From the human T2T-CHM13v2.0 reference genome, Homo sapiens: a stretch of 64,000 nt of DNA. Both the position numbers and the translations under genes were made by a program. This document shows, piece after piece, positions 11,605 through 25,992 of the stretch; within the stretch, counting starts at the first letter, position 1, and each line of letters begins with the position of its first letter. The notes beneath the pieces were generated by a model that did no database searches, was not told the origin of the DNA, and saw nothing but the letters and a program-made list of their open reading frames with translations. The stretch is taken from NCBI RefSeq assembly GCF_009914755.1, contig NC_060933.1, one strand, 5' to 3'.

Positions 11605-14600
11605 TAAAATATTGAATGCTGTTAATAAATCTCCTGAGGCCAGCATAAGAAGGTGATGGGCAAAACTAATGCAGGTATGTTTTTCTGGCTTTTTCATGTA
11701 TTGGGCCAAACTTTGAAAAGCACTTACTATTAATGGCTAACTTGCAAAATTTGTGATTTATTAAAAGCAGATTTTAATTGTTTTACCTAAAAATAATAGG
11801 CCTCTGATCTGCCAAAGATGAAGATTTAATTTCTAGGTATTCCCCACAATACCTAGAAACATCAGTGTAATCGATTATTAAACACTTTAGAACTATTCTC
11901 ATCAAAGTTCTTTATTATATAATACAGCAAAAGAAAAGTTTCTTTTCTAAAGGCTTCTCTATACTTTTTTTAATAGTTGAATTTCATCTCTGAAGGCTCC
12001 TAAAAAGAATAGAATTTAGATCTTTATTAAAGAGGAAATATATTTTCCATGTTTAATTTAAATTACATTCCATCAGTCATTTGCAATCTTAGCCTACACG
12101 GAATTTTTTTTTTTTTTTGGTAGTTTTTATGTTTGGGCTTTAGGAGGGGATTCCCAATAATCTCTATATAAATATTTCTAATCTCCATATAAATATTTTA
12201 ACATTTCAATGTAAATTAGTTTTTTAAAGCTATTTTATCCATAAAAATAATGAATTTGCATGGCTGAGGATGAAATAATGTGTTATCAGGACCCCTCTGT
12301 TTTGGGGGTTGTGAGTAGATCCCATCTTCATGTTCCTCCAGCCCAGCCCAAGCCTGGCTCAGGTCCTCCTCCCCCATTTGTCAGGAACCACCATCCCCAG
12401 GGATTCTATGTGCCCTGCCTGACCAGTGTTCTCCATCAGAGTTTACCAATCTTTTGTTCATTCCCTCAGAGCACAGGTAAGCAAGAGTACACTAATTTGA
12501 AAATTAACTCAAGCAAATAGAGGAACAATATCCCCAACACATTGCATTTTAACATAGGGTTTCCTGGACACACTGTTTCAACCCAAGAGTTGGGCTAATA
12601 GTAGGAGTTCCATCTGCTAAAATACGGCTGTCAGCTTCAGAGGGAAATTCATGAATGTCTTCGTAGTTTGTTTTTACGTTTCACTTGGCACTGTTTCTAA
12701 AATTTCCTCTGAAGCCAAAAAATAAGTTATTTCCCAGCACACTGGTCACTTTTCATTTATCATTGGATTGATTTTTGTAACTTGCAGTAGGAGCTGAAAT
12801 CGACCAGGGGGTTCTTATCCAACAGACAGCAGCAAAACTCTTTGTGTATCTGCGTTCCTTTCAACAAGTGTGACTTCCTCCATGGCATCATTCGTGAGCG
12901 TAACACAGAGCTCAGCAATAACGTTTCTTCACTAACCCTACCAGGTATCCAACATAGGATGTTACTTCCTTTCACTGTTTTCCGACTCCTGGCAGATATT
13001 AATCATTGGGATTTGGGAACAAGGAAATAGAATTTCTGAGAATGCTTGGGAATTCCCAAATTCATATGATTTTCATAACACTTCACTTACAAGTTTTTGA
13101 AAAATAATAAGTGACTATAATAACAAGCAAATAGTCATTTTTTTCTGTAACAGGATTACATGAAAAGTTTTAGTAGTCTTCTGTTTTAAAAAGATATGAT
13201 AACAAATGATGATTTATTATTATTATGAGCCAACATATTGTAACAAGATTATAAAATCCAATAGCATTAATAGAGAAAACATTAAAAAGAAATGAATATT
13301 ATCACAAAATAAATGCTAAAGAAAAGTCCTTTAAAGACTGAAAGGTAACACCACAAATACTTAATGCTTTAATCATTGTTTACATGACATTGTTAAACAA
13401 GGCATCAATCATCCCCTCCAATACCATCTAAATAACATAACATTCTGATCTCCTGGCAAGATGAATAGCACTAGAAAGAAGCAACTGTCAAAATTGCCGA
13501 TTTAAGGGCATATTTTGTCTCTAAAACTTGGCATTTCTTAGAACACCTCTCATAGGATTTGTAAAACATATACTATGCCTATGAACACATTAATATTTAT
13601 TTGCAGAAATGGTTCACTGTTAGCAGTGGACAAGGCCATGAACACACACTTGTAACACAGCAACAGATACAAGAAAGTCTGACTGAGGCTCCTTTACTGC
13701 TCCTGTCCTGTTCACCTTAACTTTCGTCTCCACATGTCAGTGCTTCCTCATCTTGCTTGACTTGAAGTCAGTGCATTTCTTCAAGCCAGTAAGTTCTCTA
13801 TACTGACTATTAAGCTGTAATTTTCACAGGAAAATTAGAATGTTCCTTCCCATTTTCCTAATTTCTCAACTGATTTTTCTCAGAATTCAGAATCCATAAA
13901 TATTGAAATGCCAGGAGAGAATTTCCAAATGGAAATGCTATTCCCTTCATCCATTTTCAGAAGAAACTGTAGCGTAGTGTTATCCTTCTCTTCTCCAATT
14001 TTTTTTTCCTGCAAACTTATGGTTATCACCTCTTTAAGTGCGTAGCTCACAATTTTGCCTCCCCTGCAAATGGTCCCAAAACAGTGAAGTGGGTCCTCTT
14101 TAGCTGTGTCTTTAGTACATAATCCTGCATTTCTGACCATATGCAGGGAGTGTGACCCAGTGAAGGATCCCTGACTCAATGGGATTTCTCTTGCTGTCTC
14201 TAGAATTTGAACCCCGGAACCCAGACGTACAGAGGCTGGGAGCCATTGTGGTGTGCTATATTGATGACGGCAGCAGTGGGTGGTGTGGGGGCAGTTAATT
14301 GACAGCTACCTGTTGCTGACATCCCAGGAACTGCCTGAACCTCCTCTTTCCCAGTCATAAGATATCTAAGATTCTGCAGTATTCTTCATTAAATCCTAGC
14401 ATGGTTTAAGCTAGCCAGAATTAGGTTCTGTTGCTTTCAATCAACAGAACCTTAGCTAATACATTGTTATTTCCTGGTCTTTGTTCCTTTAATTTTCCAG
14501 GAAAAGAAGGGAAAATGGCTTACTGGTTTTAAAAAGAGACAAGGGACAACATACCATTTATGCAAAATTTAGAAGCACTCAAAGGAAACTCTGGAAAGCT

Positions 14601-15032
14601 CCTGAGACATATATAGGTAGGATCAGCATAAAACTTGAACAGTGTATCTAGATCATGGTTGCCATGGTTGCCTTGACACAATGAACATCTGTATCAAGAT
14701 CATATTTTCTTGGTGGGACAGAGAAAAGCACAAGGCGGGACTCACATTTACAGTAATCCTTGTTTTCCAGGGACCATACAACCCAGTTTGTCTAGAGCTG
14801 TTCATCTTAAGTTTGTTATCCCACCATAATTATAAATAGAACCTCCTTTTTCTCTCAAGAATATCCCACTTTGGATGATAATTTCTGTGACTACCCATTA
14901 AGAATATTTAATAACTATAGAAAACTGCTTCTCTATATTTTTTGTATGTTTGAAACATTTTATAACAAAAATATCTTTAAAGTTATCACCTACACAGAAT
15001 ATAGCTGCCAAATGCTCCTACTCTGCTATTCT

Positions 15033-16038
15033 TTTTTTTTTTTTTTTTTTTTTTTATTGATCATTCTTGGGTGTTTCTTGCAGAGGGGGATTTGGCAGGG
15101 TCATAGGACAATAGTGGAGGGAAGGTCAGCAGATAAACAAGTGAACCAAGGTCTCTGGTTTTCCTAGGCAGAGGACCCAGCGGCCTTCCGCAGTGTTTGT
15201 GTCCCTGGGTACTTGAGATTAGGGAGTGGTGATGACTCTTAACGAGCATGCTGCCTTCAAGCATCTGTTTAACGAAGCACATCTTGCACCGCCCTTAATC
15301 CATTTAACCCTGAGTGGACACAGCACATGTTTCAGGGAGCACAGGGTTGGGGGTAAGGTCACCGATCAACAGGATCCCAAGGCAGAAGAATTTTTCTTAG
15401 TACAGAACAAAATGAAAAGTCTCCCATGTCTACTTCTATCCACACAGACCCGGCAACCATCCGATTTCTCAATTTTTTCCCCACCTTCCCGCCTTTCTAT
15501 TCCACAAAACCGCCATTGTCATCATGGCCCAACCCCAATGAGCCGCTGGGCACACCTCCCAGACGGGGTCGTGGCCGGGCAGAGGGGCTCCTCACCTCCC
15601 GGACGGGGCGGCTGCTGGGCGGAGACGCTCCTCACTTCCTATAGGGGGTGGCGGCCGGGCAGAGGCTGCAATCTCGGCACTTTGGGACGCCAAGGCAGGC
15701 GGCTGGGAGGTGCAGGTTGTAGCGAGCCGAGATCACACCACTGCACTCCAGCCTGGGCCCCATTGAGCACTGAGTGAACGAGACTCCGTCTGCAATCCCG
15801 GCACCTTGGGAGGCCGAGGCTGGCGGATCACTCGCGGTTAGGAGCTGGAGACCAGCCCGGCCAACACAGCAAAACCCCGTCTCCACCAAAAAAAAACGAA
15901 AACCAGTCAGGCGTGGCGGCGCGCGCCTGCAATCGCAGGCACTCGGCAGGCTGAGGCAGGAGAATCAGGCAGGGAGGTTGCAGTGAGCCGAGATGGCAGC
16001 AGTACCGTCCAGCTTTGGCTCGGCATCAGAGGGAGACC
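15033..16038 (-). mobile_element. SVA retrotransposon (young-looking subfamily), ~1 kb, minimal VNTR, no CCCTCT head
   Basis: Poly(T), SINE-R (tcattcttgggtgtttct...), GC-rich VNTR ~15540-15665, Alu-like domain; 16-bp TSD cctactctgctattct at 15017-15032 and 16039-16054. Confidence 0.95.
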
Positions 16039-16470
16039 CCTACTCTGCTATTCTAACCATGAATCCCTCTGGGGCCCCTTCCTCCTACGGCGCTTGTGAG
16101 GATGAAATGAAATAAGCTCTATGAAGTGCCCAACAGTGACCAACACTGAATAAAATACAGCCACCATAGGTGGCCTTCCCTTATGTTCACCAAACTCCTG
16201 ATAAGTTATTCGGTGATGTTTTAATCTTAATATTTTATGTAGATTATACATTCATCTGATTCAAAATGCAAAAGGTACAAAAGCGTATACAGTTAAAAGC
16301 TTCCCAACCCACTACCATTTATCTCCCTGGAGGCAACTGTTTCCAGATTTTTGAATATCCTTAAAGAATATCATATGTATGGAAAAGAAAGATTATATAT
16401 TTATATGCATCTGTGTATGCATTTTCCTATGAGAGGCTCACAAAGTCTCCTTGAAGAGATATCATTATTA

Positions 16471-16821
16471 CAAATACCCCTCAATTTACAATGGGGTTAT
16501 ATTCCAATAAACTTATGAAAATATTGTAAGCTGAAAATGCATTTAATACACTTAACCTACTAAACATCATAGCTTAGCTCGGCCTACCTTAAACACTCAC
16601 ATTAACCTACAGTTAGGCAAAATCATCTAACAGAAAGCCCATTTTATAATAAAGTGGGTTTTGAATATCTCATGTAATATAATGAATACTGTACTGAAAG
16701 TGGAAAACAGAATGGTTGTATGGGTACTCAAAGTACAGCTTCTGCTGAATGTGTATTGCTTTCAAACTATCTTAAAGTTGAAAAATCATAAGTCAAAATA
16801 TTGTAAGTCAGGGATTGTTTG
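16471..16821. mobile_element. Tigger-family MITE (MER47-like)
   Basis: TA-flanked; atgcatttaatacacttaacctac..catcatagcttag...gaatggttgtatgggtactcaaagtac. Confidence 0.75.
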
Positions 16822-17647
16822 TACTTCCACTTTACATGATGAAATTGAGCCTTGAAAAGATTAAGTGACTCGCCCAAGGTCACACTGGCAGTTAAACAGT
16901 GAAACTTGGATCCAAATTGTTCAGTCAGTACATGTATTGTCTTGAAATCTGAAAAAGAGGAAGAGGAACTAAACTACTAAATTGAAGGAATATTTTAGGC
17001 ATAGAAGAAGCAGATGCCTTCATGTCCAAGTGATTGTGAAAAGCCCACTTGCCCCAAAATATGTCTCCTGGTCATATGAAATTCCACCATTTCAGATTTT
17101 TACCTGGGGATTTAGAGTAATCTGCTGTTTTCCTAGAGCTCCCCTAAAATAGAAATAGAAATTTTGGAAGGCTAAATATATGCTAACATTGGAAAACTCA
17201 TTTTCTCCCCTTCGTAAGGCAAGGTACTGAAGGAGGGGGCCCTACAGGCTGTGCAGGGACATCCTGGAGGCATGGGGAGAAGAAACTGAAAGGCAAGGTT
17301 GTATGGAACAAAGAATACCGATCTCAGGATTCTCTCTTGAACCTGCCCTAACTTTGTTCAAATAGACTTAGCCACTGACCTGCTGTCAAAAGACCGCAGC
17401 CAATCTGACTTGTTTTCAACATAATGATGAATATTGATTTGGTCCCTTCATCCAACATTCTCAGCTGGATCTTTTTTTGACCAAGGATATACATTACTAG
17501 GCGAGTACAGGCAGTTAATTCTTCCACAGGGGACTTTGGAGTTTCTGAGTTAACCAGAATCACCCACCTTAACATCTGCCAGTTTATACCCCAAGTCCTG
17601 ACCAGTGCCCCCTACCTGCTATGCCTCATGTTTTCAATATAGCATAA

Positions 17648-18892
17648 GATCTGAAATGAAAGATGAAACATCATAGCCAATATCACAGAAATACAAAGGA
17701 TCCTAAGAAACTCCTATGTATAATTACACACTAACCAATTGGATCATCTAGAAGAAATGGATAAATTCCCAGACACATAAAACCTACCAAGATTGACTCA
17801 TGAAGAAATTAAAAAATCTGAACAGACTAATAGCAAGCAAGGAGGTTGAATCAGTAAGAAAATGTCTCCCATCAATGAAAAACCCAAAACCAGATGGCTT
17901 CCCAGATTAATTCTACCAAATATTTTAAGAAGAACTAATACCAGTCCTTCTCAAACTCTTCCAAAAAGCTGAAGTGGAGGGAATACTTCCAAACTCATCT
18001 TACAGGGCCAGCATTACCCTGATTCCAAAGCCAGACAAGAACACTACAAGAAAGGAAAATGACAGGCCAATATCCTTGATCTACATAGATGCAAAAATCC
18101 TCAACAAAATCCTAGCAAACCAAATTCAATAGCACATTGAAAGAATCATTCACCACGATCATGTCATGGTTCAACATAAGCAAATCAATACATATAATAT
18201 ACCATATTAGAAAAATAAAGGATAGAAACTATATGGCCATCTCAATAGATATAGAAAAAGCTTTTGACAAAATTCGAAACCCTTTCATGGTGAAAAAAAA
18301 ACACCCAACAGATCACGTATTGAGGGACTGTATCCCAACAAAATAAAGGCCATATATGACAAACCCATAGCTAACACCATAATCAATGGTGAAAAGTTGA
18401 AACTTTTCCTCTACCATCAGGAACAAGACAAGGATGCCCACAGACACCACTTCTCAGGGTAATTAGGCAATAGAAAGAAATAAAAGGCATCCTAATAGGA
18501 AAGGAAGAAGTGAAATTGTCTCTACTGACAGCATGATCTTGTTATATATAGAAAACCCTACAAACTTCACTGAAAAAAGGTTAGAACTCAACACAAAGAA
18601 GGGAACAATAGACACTGGGGGGACTCCAAAGGTGGGAGGGAAGGATGGTGGGAGCAAGAGTTGAAAAACTGCCTATCGATTACTATGCTCACTGCTTGGG
18701 TGGTGGGATCATTAGAAGCCCAAACCTCAGCACCATGCAATATACCTGTGTAAGAAACCTGTACATCTACCCTCCTGACTCTAAAATGAAACATACAATA
18801 TTTAGAAAACAAAAACAAATAAAATTTGAAAACTGTTAGAACTGAACTGATAGGTGAAATCAGTAAAGTTGTAGGATACAAAATCAACATAT
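17648..18892 (+). mobile_element. L1 ORF2 fragment with a nested L1 3'-end fragment (~18589-18825)
   Basis: ORF2 remnants (gaagaaatggataaatt, ccagcattaccctgat, [13 protein letters not shown]); gttagaact duplicated around the nested piece. Confidence 0.88.
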
Positions 18893-20347
18893 AGAGCCTT
18901 GAACACAGCAACATCCAGCTGTCTGACATGAAAGTCTCAGGGGCAAGAAAACCTCTATATGAACTCAGAAACAATGAGCTAAGTTGTGTTTATGTCTGAA
19001 AGGATGTTAAGAACTGCATTCATGTTACATCAGAGCCAACAGAAAGAACCAACAGGAAACCTGTACCCAACAAACAGAAATGACAAGATGAAGGGAAAGC
19101 AGAGGTAAGGGCTTACCTTAGAAAGGGCAAGTGATTAGCTCAATATGCAATACAATGTTTGCTCCTGAGCCAAAAATTTGTACAATAATTTGGATATTAC
19201 TTGCACAACCAGAAAAATCAGCCACTCATTAGGAAAATGTGTTTCTGTATAAGTCTTAGGACTCAGCTATCTATAATAACATGAAAAGACAATATTTTCA
19301 TCCAAAATGAGTATTTTTGTTTGTCTTGGCTTGTTATTCTAACGTCAACAGCCTCTAAATAAACTGTTGAAGTACATGATATAACCACCTCTTTCTCCAT
19401 CTTTCCCATTGCTCCCATAGGGTTTCAGTTGTGCAATTTCACCATTAGCAAAGCTTTTTGCTGAAATCTGGCTTTTCAAAGGGAGAGTATCCAGAAACAG
19501 AAGATGCTGCTCTGAGAGGCTCTTCCTAATAGAACTGCTGCTTCAGTTTAGCTTGAAAAAGCCCACACCCAGTTCCTAATGACAAACATCTGAACACCGG
19601 GTCTTCCCACGAGCAAGACCATGCTATGCCTCCTGCTCGCTCTGTTCTATAAGCAACCCACAGATTGCTCCCTGTGAAGAGGAGCCTGCCAGGGGAGCAG
19701 CATTCCACCAGACCCTGATTTAGCAAGATATTTCCGTATCATTCCCCCAACCAGCTGGAAGTCCTCCACTGCTCTTGTGTAAAAATCTAACTCATCTCGC
19801 TGAATTTCCTGATTTAAAAGTCTAATTCATTTCACCAAAAGTGTGACAGAAGGAAACCAAGTACACCATCTCTCTCTTACCAAACCGAAGCTATTGCATG
19901 TGCATTCTGGGGGAAAAAATGGTCCAAATATGTTATGGAGGGGGTGCCAGCCCAGTGTCATCCTCTTACTATTGCCATAGGATCTTGGCTGATGGCATCA
20001 GAGGAAAAACAAGTTTATCGATTACTTTCAACCATTAAGCTCACTCCTCCATGAAAAATAAGTCACAAGTCCAATGTCTCTTATTAAAATAAGCACTGCA
20101 AAATACAAAGGAGTCACAGTTTTAAAATGGGACACACGTTCTCTAAGCGGTGAACCACGTTAGAGGTGCACTGTTTACATTGTATAAAGTCCCCTGGAGC
20201 CAGGGTTAGGAAGCGCATCTGTTCTTTGGTGTTCTGGGATGAAGGAGAAAGGAAAATGTGCTGCCAGAAGTGAGTGGGAAGGAGCCCATGAGATAAAGGA
20301 AGTAAATCCATTTGCTGATTGCAATAATAATGGTAATACACGAAGCT

Positions 20348-20388
20348 ATACATACATACATACATACATACATGCATGCATGCATGCA
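20348..20388. repeat. (CATA)n/(CATG)n tetranucleotide repeat
   Basis: Direct reading. Confidence 0.9.
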
Positions 20389-21686
20389 AATTTTCACATT
20401 TTTTAAAAAAAAGAACTTAAGGCTTCCACACATGTAATCAGCCCTTATGAACTCTCCTGATTAGCTGCAAGGAAAATCTTCCTTTCTCCTTTTTCCTGCA
20501 CCATCCTGGGCTCCCTTTTGACTTGTTTTTTTTTGTTTGTTTTTTTTTTAACTTATAAACGATCAGCTCATATTCTGAAGTTTGTAGTCCCCTCCCGCCC
20601 CCCCTCTCTATACCGCTCATTTACATTGGCAGCTGTCCTGCTGCTGGGCATCCTCAAACCCACCAGTTTCCCTTTTATGTGTGAGCAGACAAACATGATC
20701 ATGCACTAGGCATCACTGTGCCACTCAAAATGCTTTTTTGTTTTTTTATTGCATCTGAGAGAAATCTCAAGGTTGCAAACCTGGAGTCAGAATTGTCTCC
20801 ATGTGTCTCAATGGGAAGAGTATCGTGTGAAGAAATAAGTTGATTCTACTAATCAAAAGGATTTTTTTTTGATATCAGGTCATCCTCCGAATGAATTTAT
20901 ATTACCGAGTGGAGGGTCACATGAAGAAAATGGTCAAACAGCACCACCTACAGCAAGAGCTGAGAAGTGCAGCGGAGCCGGGCTGAGTCAGGAAAGAAAA
21001 GCAAGCTGGGGCCTGGCTCAGCGCTCTCCCCTCTGCTCCTGTCTGCACGGAAAGATTAGGATGACAGTGGCAGGACGCCTGTGCACCTAGTATGCATCAC
21101 TTGAAGGGAACACACAGATTCCAGTAAACAGTTGGAAGGAAATGTTAATACCAGGCTCTGCTAAACAATATGAAATGACTCCTAGATGAGACAAGCGACT
21201 TTCATCAAAGTTTCCTGATACCTGAAAAGACAGCCCAGGGGATCCTGCACTACATCTGGTGTATGTAAATTAAGCGGGTTTTTTTCCCCTTTGTAATCAA
21301 GGCTCATACACAAACAAAATCACACTTTAGAAACGGCCTATTTCAACTTGTAACTAGCTTGCTTTCAGGGGCTCCAGGTCAAAAAGAAATAGAGCACAAA
21401 GACGCTTTCTCCTTAGGGATCATACACAAATTCACTCTGTCCGTTTCTTTCCCACATGGAGCAACAAAGCCATCAGACCTCTCCATCCACCCATTGGGTC
21501 CTTCCTGATTAAAGTGAGATAAATCACAGCCCTCTCTCTCCAGATGGCAGGCGACAAGAGGGGGATGCTTGCCTCAAGAAGTCCTCCCCATCCCTCTGCA
21601 TTCATGCAAGCCCGAGCGGAGAGATGCAAGAAATTATGGATGCGTTTTAATTCCCCAGACCCTGCAATTAAAAATGGAAATTTTTT

Positions 21687-21973
<287 letters not shown>

Positions 21974-23654
21974 ATGTTTTTAAAAAATGGAAGTGTTGTT
22001 CTTTCATTTGTAAATGTGTTTTGGTAAAAGAGGGGCAGTTTAAGCACCCCTTTTTATTGTCTACATTGTTAAAATTCATCAGACATGGACTCTTGACTCC
22101 GTTTTGCCTGGGCAGACCCAATTCAAGCATTTACAACAGCTATAACCTCCTCAAATCAAAAAGAGGAATCAGCATTATTGCTAAGTTCAGATAAGGTCTT
22201 GTTTTATTTCATTTTTATTTTTGAATGCAGCCATTCCTCCAGGTGCTATCATCAGGTAAGATTGTCAGTCCTGATTAGGTAAAGGTATTATTACAAAATG
22301 CAATTCTTAAAAATTCAGTGTCTAACTACACTTTTAATAAGCCTTTCCCCCTCCCCTATGTATTCTCCCTTAGACACCCCTTCTCAAATTTAAAATCACA
22401 GAAACTAAAATATGATGCCTAAATAGAGCCTAGCGACTGCCCAGTCCTCTAATTTGATGAGTGGGAGTACTGAAGCCCAGAGGAAGTCAAGTAATTTGTT
22501 CCCAATGTCTTAGATAAGAAGAAAATGACCAGCTGGGAAATCCCACTCATGTCAAGGCAGAGGCACAGGGCCACAGACTGTGGTTGAATTGTGCCACACT
22601 CCTACATCCTTCTTTAGGAATCACAGAACATTCCTGTGTTGAGTCGGAGTCACTGACTTCCTTTTCAGGCTGATTGAGTTCTGTCCTTACGGGCTGCGAC
22701 AAGAAGTTTTGGTATTATGCTACACCAAGACCATTTATCTAGTTCAAGAAATGAGCACAGTCCTTAGAGCCCAGCAACTTTCCCCATGTCCAGTAAATGT
22801 AGCTTCTCCATTAGAAGCTGTCAGAATGGAGCCTTCTGGCTCATCTTGATTTTGATTTGTGCAAGAATGAATGGTTGTGCTAAGACAGCTTTCCTAGCTG
22901 ATAGTGAGCAAACCTTTTTTCTCATAATCTATAATAAAATATTAAATTAGAAGCACAGAGTTTATTTCTTGACTCTTATCTTCCTGCAATTTTCTTGTGG
23001 GCATAAATGATTTGTTTTTATCCTGCCTGCCCCAATCCCTTTTCCAAGAGACTAAAAGAGTATCTAGTGCAAAGTAGAGACTCAAATATTTTTTAATAAA
23101 CAGTGATCCCAGCCGCCCAGTGCATGTTGCCAAATGCCAACCCCATAAGTGATCAAACACATCATCTCATTCAGCCAATCAAAATCAAGTGCTACCTATT
23201 TTTTAAGTTTTCATAGCCCTTGGGCATCTGCTTTCTCAGCATTTCCCAAACTTGAGTCATTCTCATCCTGCCTTCATAATTTTGCTCTGTCAATTACCTC
23301 TACTATTATTTATTTCATATATTTTTAAATAGCCCCACTTTTGAAACTTAAATACATGCCTTTTAAAAGGAAGCTTTCTTACTACTATACATCAAAAGCC
23401 ATTATTACTTGTTCTAAGTACTCATAACAACATGTTCACAACTATTAAAATTTAGTAATGTGCATCCACATACTCTCTAAATTCATGGAGCATCTGCACA
23501 CACTTTAAGAAACAATTCTGCATTACTCACTCAATTTTCTTGACATCCTTCTGAGGCAGGACAAACCTTGGGCCCAAAGAATTGAGGTAGGAGTCCAAGC
23601 AAGTTGCCAGCCACATAAAGGCAAACCTTGGCTCGGAAGTCAGGACTACTGCTC

Positions 23655-24515
23655 TCCAGAACCTCCTATCTCCAAGTGTAGTTAGCAGCCCAGATGCAGC
23701 AGCATCCTCTAGAGACTTGTTAAAAATGCAGAAGCTCAGGCTCCACCCCAGGCCTATGCAGACTGAATCTGCATTTTAACAAGGTCCAGGTAATTCACGT
23801 GCACATTAAGTTTGAAAAGGCCTGGTCTAGATCAGCAGTTCTCTAACTTAGCAGCACATTAGAACCATCTGTAGAGACTTTAAAAATACCAGTGCCTGGG
23901 ATTCACCTCCCAGAGAATCTGATTTAAGTGTCTGGGGTTTGCCCTGAGTCTAGGTATTTTTTAGAACTCCTCAGCTTATACAAAGCTGGCAGGGCCGGGC
24001 ACAGTGGCTCATGCTTATAATCCCAGCACTTCGTGAGGCCAAAGTGGGCAGATTGCTTGAGTCCAGGAGTTTGAGACCAGCCCGGGCTAAAACCCCATCC
24101 CTACAAAAAAAAATACAAAAAGTAGTTGGGCATGGTGGTGGCACATACCTGTAGTCCCGGCTACTCAGGAGGCTGAGTCCTCGCTTGAACCCAGGAGGTC
24201 ACGGTCTGGTCAACAGAGCAAGACCCTGTATCAAAACAAACAAACAAACAAACAAACAAACAAAAAATGCTAGCAGCTTACCAGCTAGGGAGGCCTGTAC
24301 AGCCAAGTTTTCCAAATGGGGCTACATTAGTTGTTCCAGAACTTTAGCTGCATCAAAACCACCTGGATGGCTTGTTCAGCTACAGAGGGTCTGGCCATGC
24401 CCCTAGAGTTTCCAGCTGAGGGTCTGGAATGAGGCCCGATGATTTGCATTTCTAACAATCTCCAGGCGATGCTAATGCTGTGGGTCCAGGGACCACATTT
24501 TGAGAATCTATGCTA
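23655..24515. mobile_element. MER5-like hAT-Charlie remnants with an inserted Alu (23994-24266, CAAA tail)
   Basis: gttaaaaatgcagaagctcaggctccacccc...gaatctgcattttaacaag; gcatttctaacaatctccaggcgatgctaatgctg..gggaccacattttgagaa. Confidence 0.75.
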
Positions 24516-24668
24516 AATGAACCGGACAAGATCAAAGCTCAAACTTATTCCAAGAACTTTTCAAGGCCCACCTGCAAGTTGTAGTGGAAGTAAGCATCTA
24601 AGGGTGCAAAAAAGTTTCACTATAGACTAAGGCCTTTTACCTGAGCTCTCAAATGTTCACATTTCTCT

Positions 24669-25092
24669 TGTCAACCTAAATAACAAACAGAGAGAGGCTC
24701 TCCACAAGAAAAAGATATTCGTTTGGAAACAGAGCCTTGCAATAGAAATAGGCAAGCCAGAGTAAACTATATGCATATTCACGGAGGTAAAGGAAGACAA
24801 AAGAAAAAATGAGGAAGATTATATGATCATTTGGAAATGATTATCCTTGGCTACAAAGATCAATAACAAAGGTGATGCCAGGCCCAGGCTGGACAGGCAG
24901 TTGTTGGGCAAATATCCTTCAGAAGCATTGTTGTGTGCAAAGTTGCAATGGGCTTTGTGCAAGATTGTGTTTTTTGCAGTCTTCTGTGATAATTTTTTGT
25001 TATCAGGCATACAAGCCCAAGAATCCTTTTTTGCATGGCCTTCCCTGGCTCTATTTGTCAGGGTTTTGGTTAGGGGAGAGGTATTTTTAACA
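24669..25092 (-). mobile_element. Solo ERV1-class LTR (MER67-like; subfamily uncertain)
   Basis: TG...CA termini (tgtcaa / ttaaca) with 4-bp TSD ctct on both sides. Confidence 0.65.
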
Positions 25093-25686
25093 CTCTCAAG
25101 GTAAAAAATGCCATAAGGTAGGTACCCCAATTGCTTGTTTCGTCTTCATAAAATAACTTTTCCACCCGAACAAAGTCTACACATAAATTGTAAAAATACC
25201 CTGGCATGCAGTCCCTGGAAAAGTCTGGAGTCATTCTCGGGGTTCCCACCCAGGTGGGCGAGCGGAGCCACCACAGATAAGCACAAAGCAGGGGTGCCCG
25301 CTGGGGCGTGGCGGCAGGCAGTGGTCCTGGTTCGGATATTTGGCTGAAAACACAGCTCCTCTTTGTCACCCTCAGGAAGCCATCCCAAACCGCTCGAGGA
25401 GTCCTTGAAGCCAGTGTTACCACTAGGACAGCAAGTTTGCCTGAAAACTATTTGCCTTTGCAGCAGATTCATTAAGCCAGAACAAAGAGAAGACCAATGA
25501 CTAAAAGATTTCTCTCCTTTTAAAAATCATGCTCTTTAACTCATAGCACATTTTCATTGTCCATCTGGGCAAAGCCACTGTCTCATTTTGCTTTTTCCCT
25601 CGTCTGTGATGCTCACGCTCATCCTCCCTATCCCATCAGCAACCTCTCTAGTATGTTTGATATGTGTCCTTAAACTTTATATCTTG

Positions 25687-25992
<306 letters not shown>

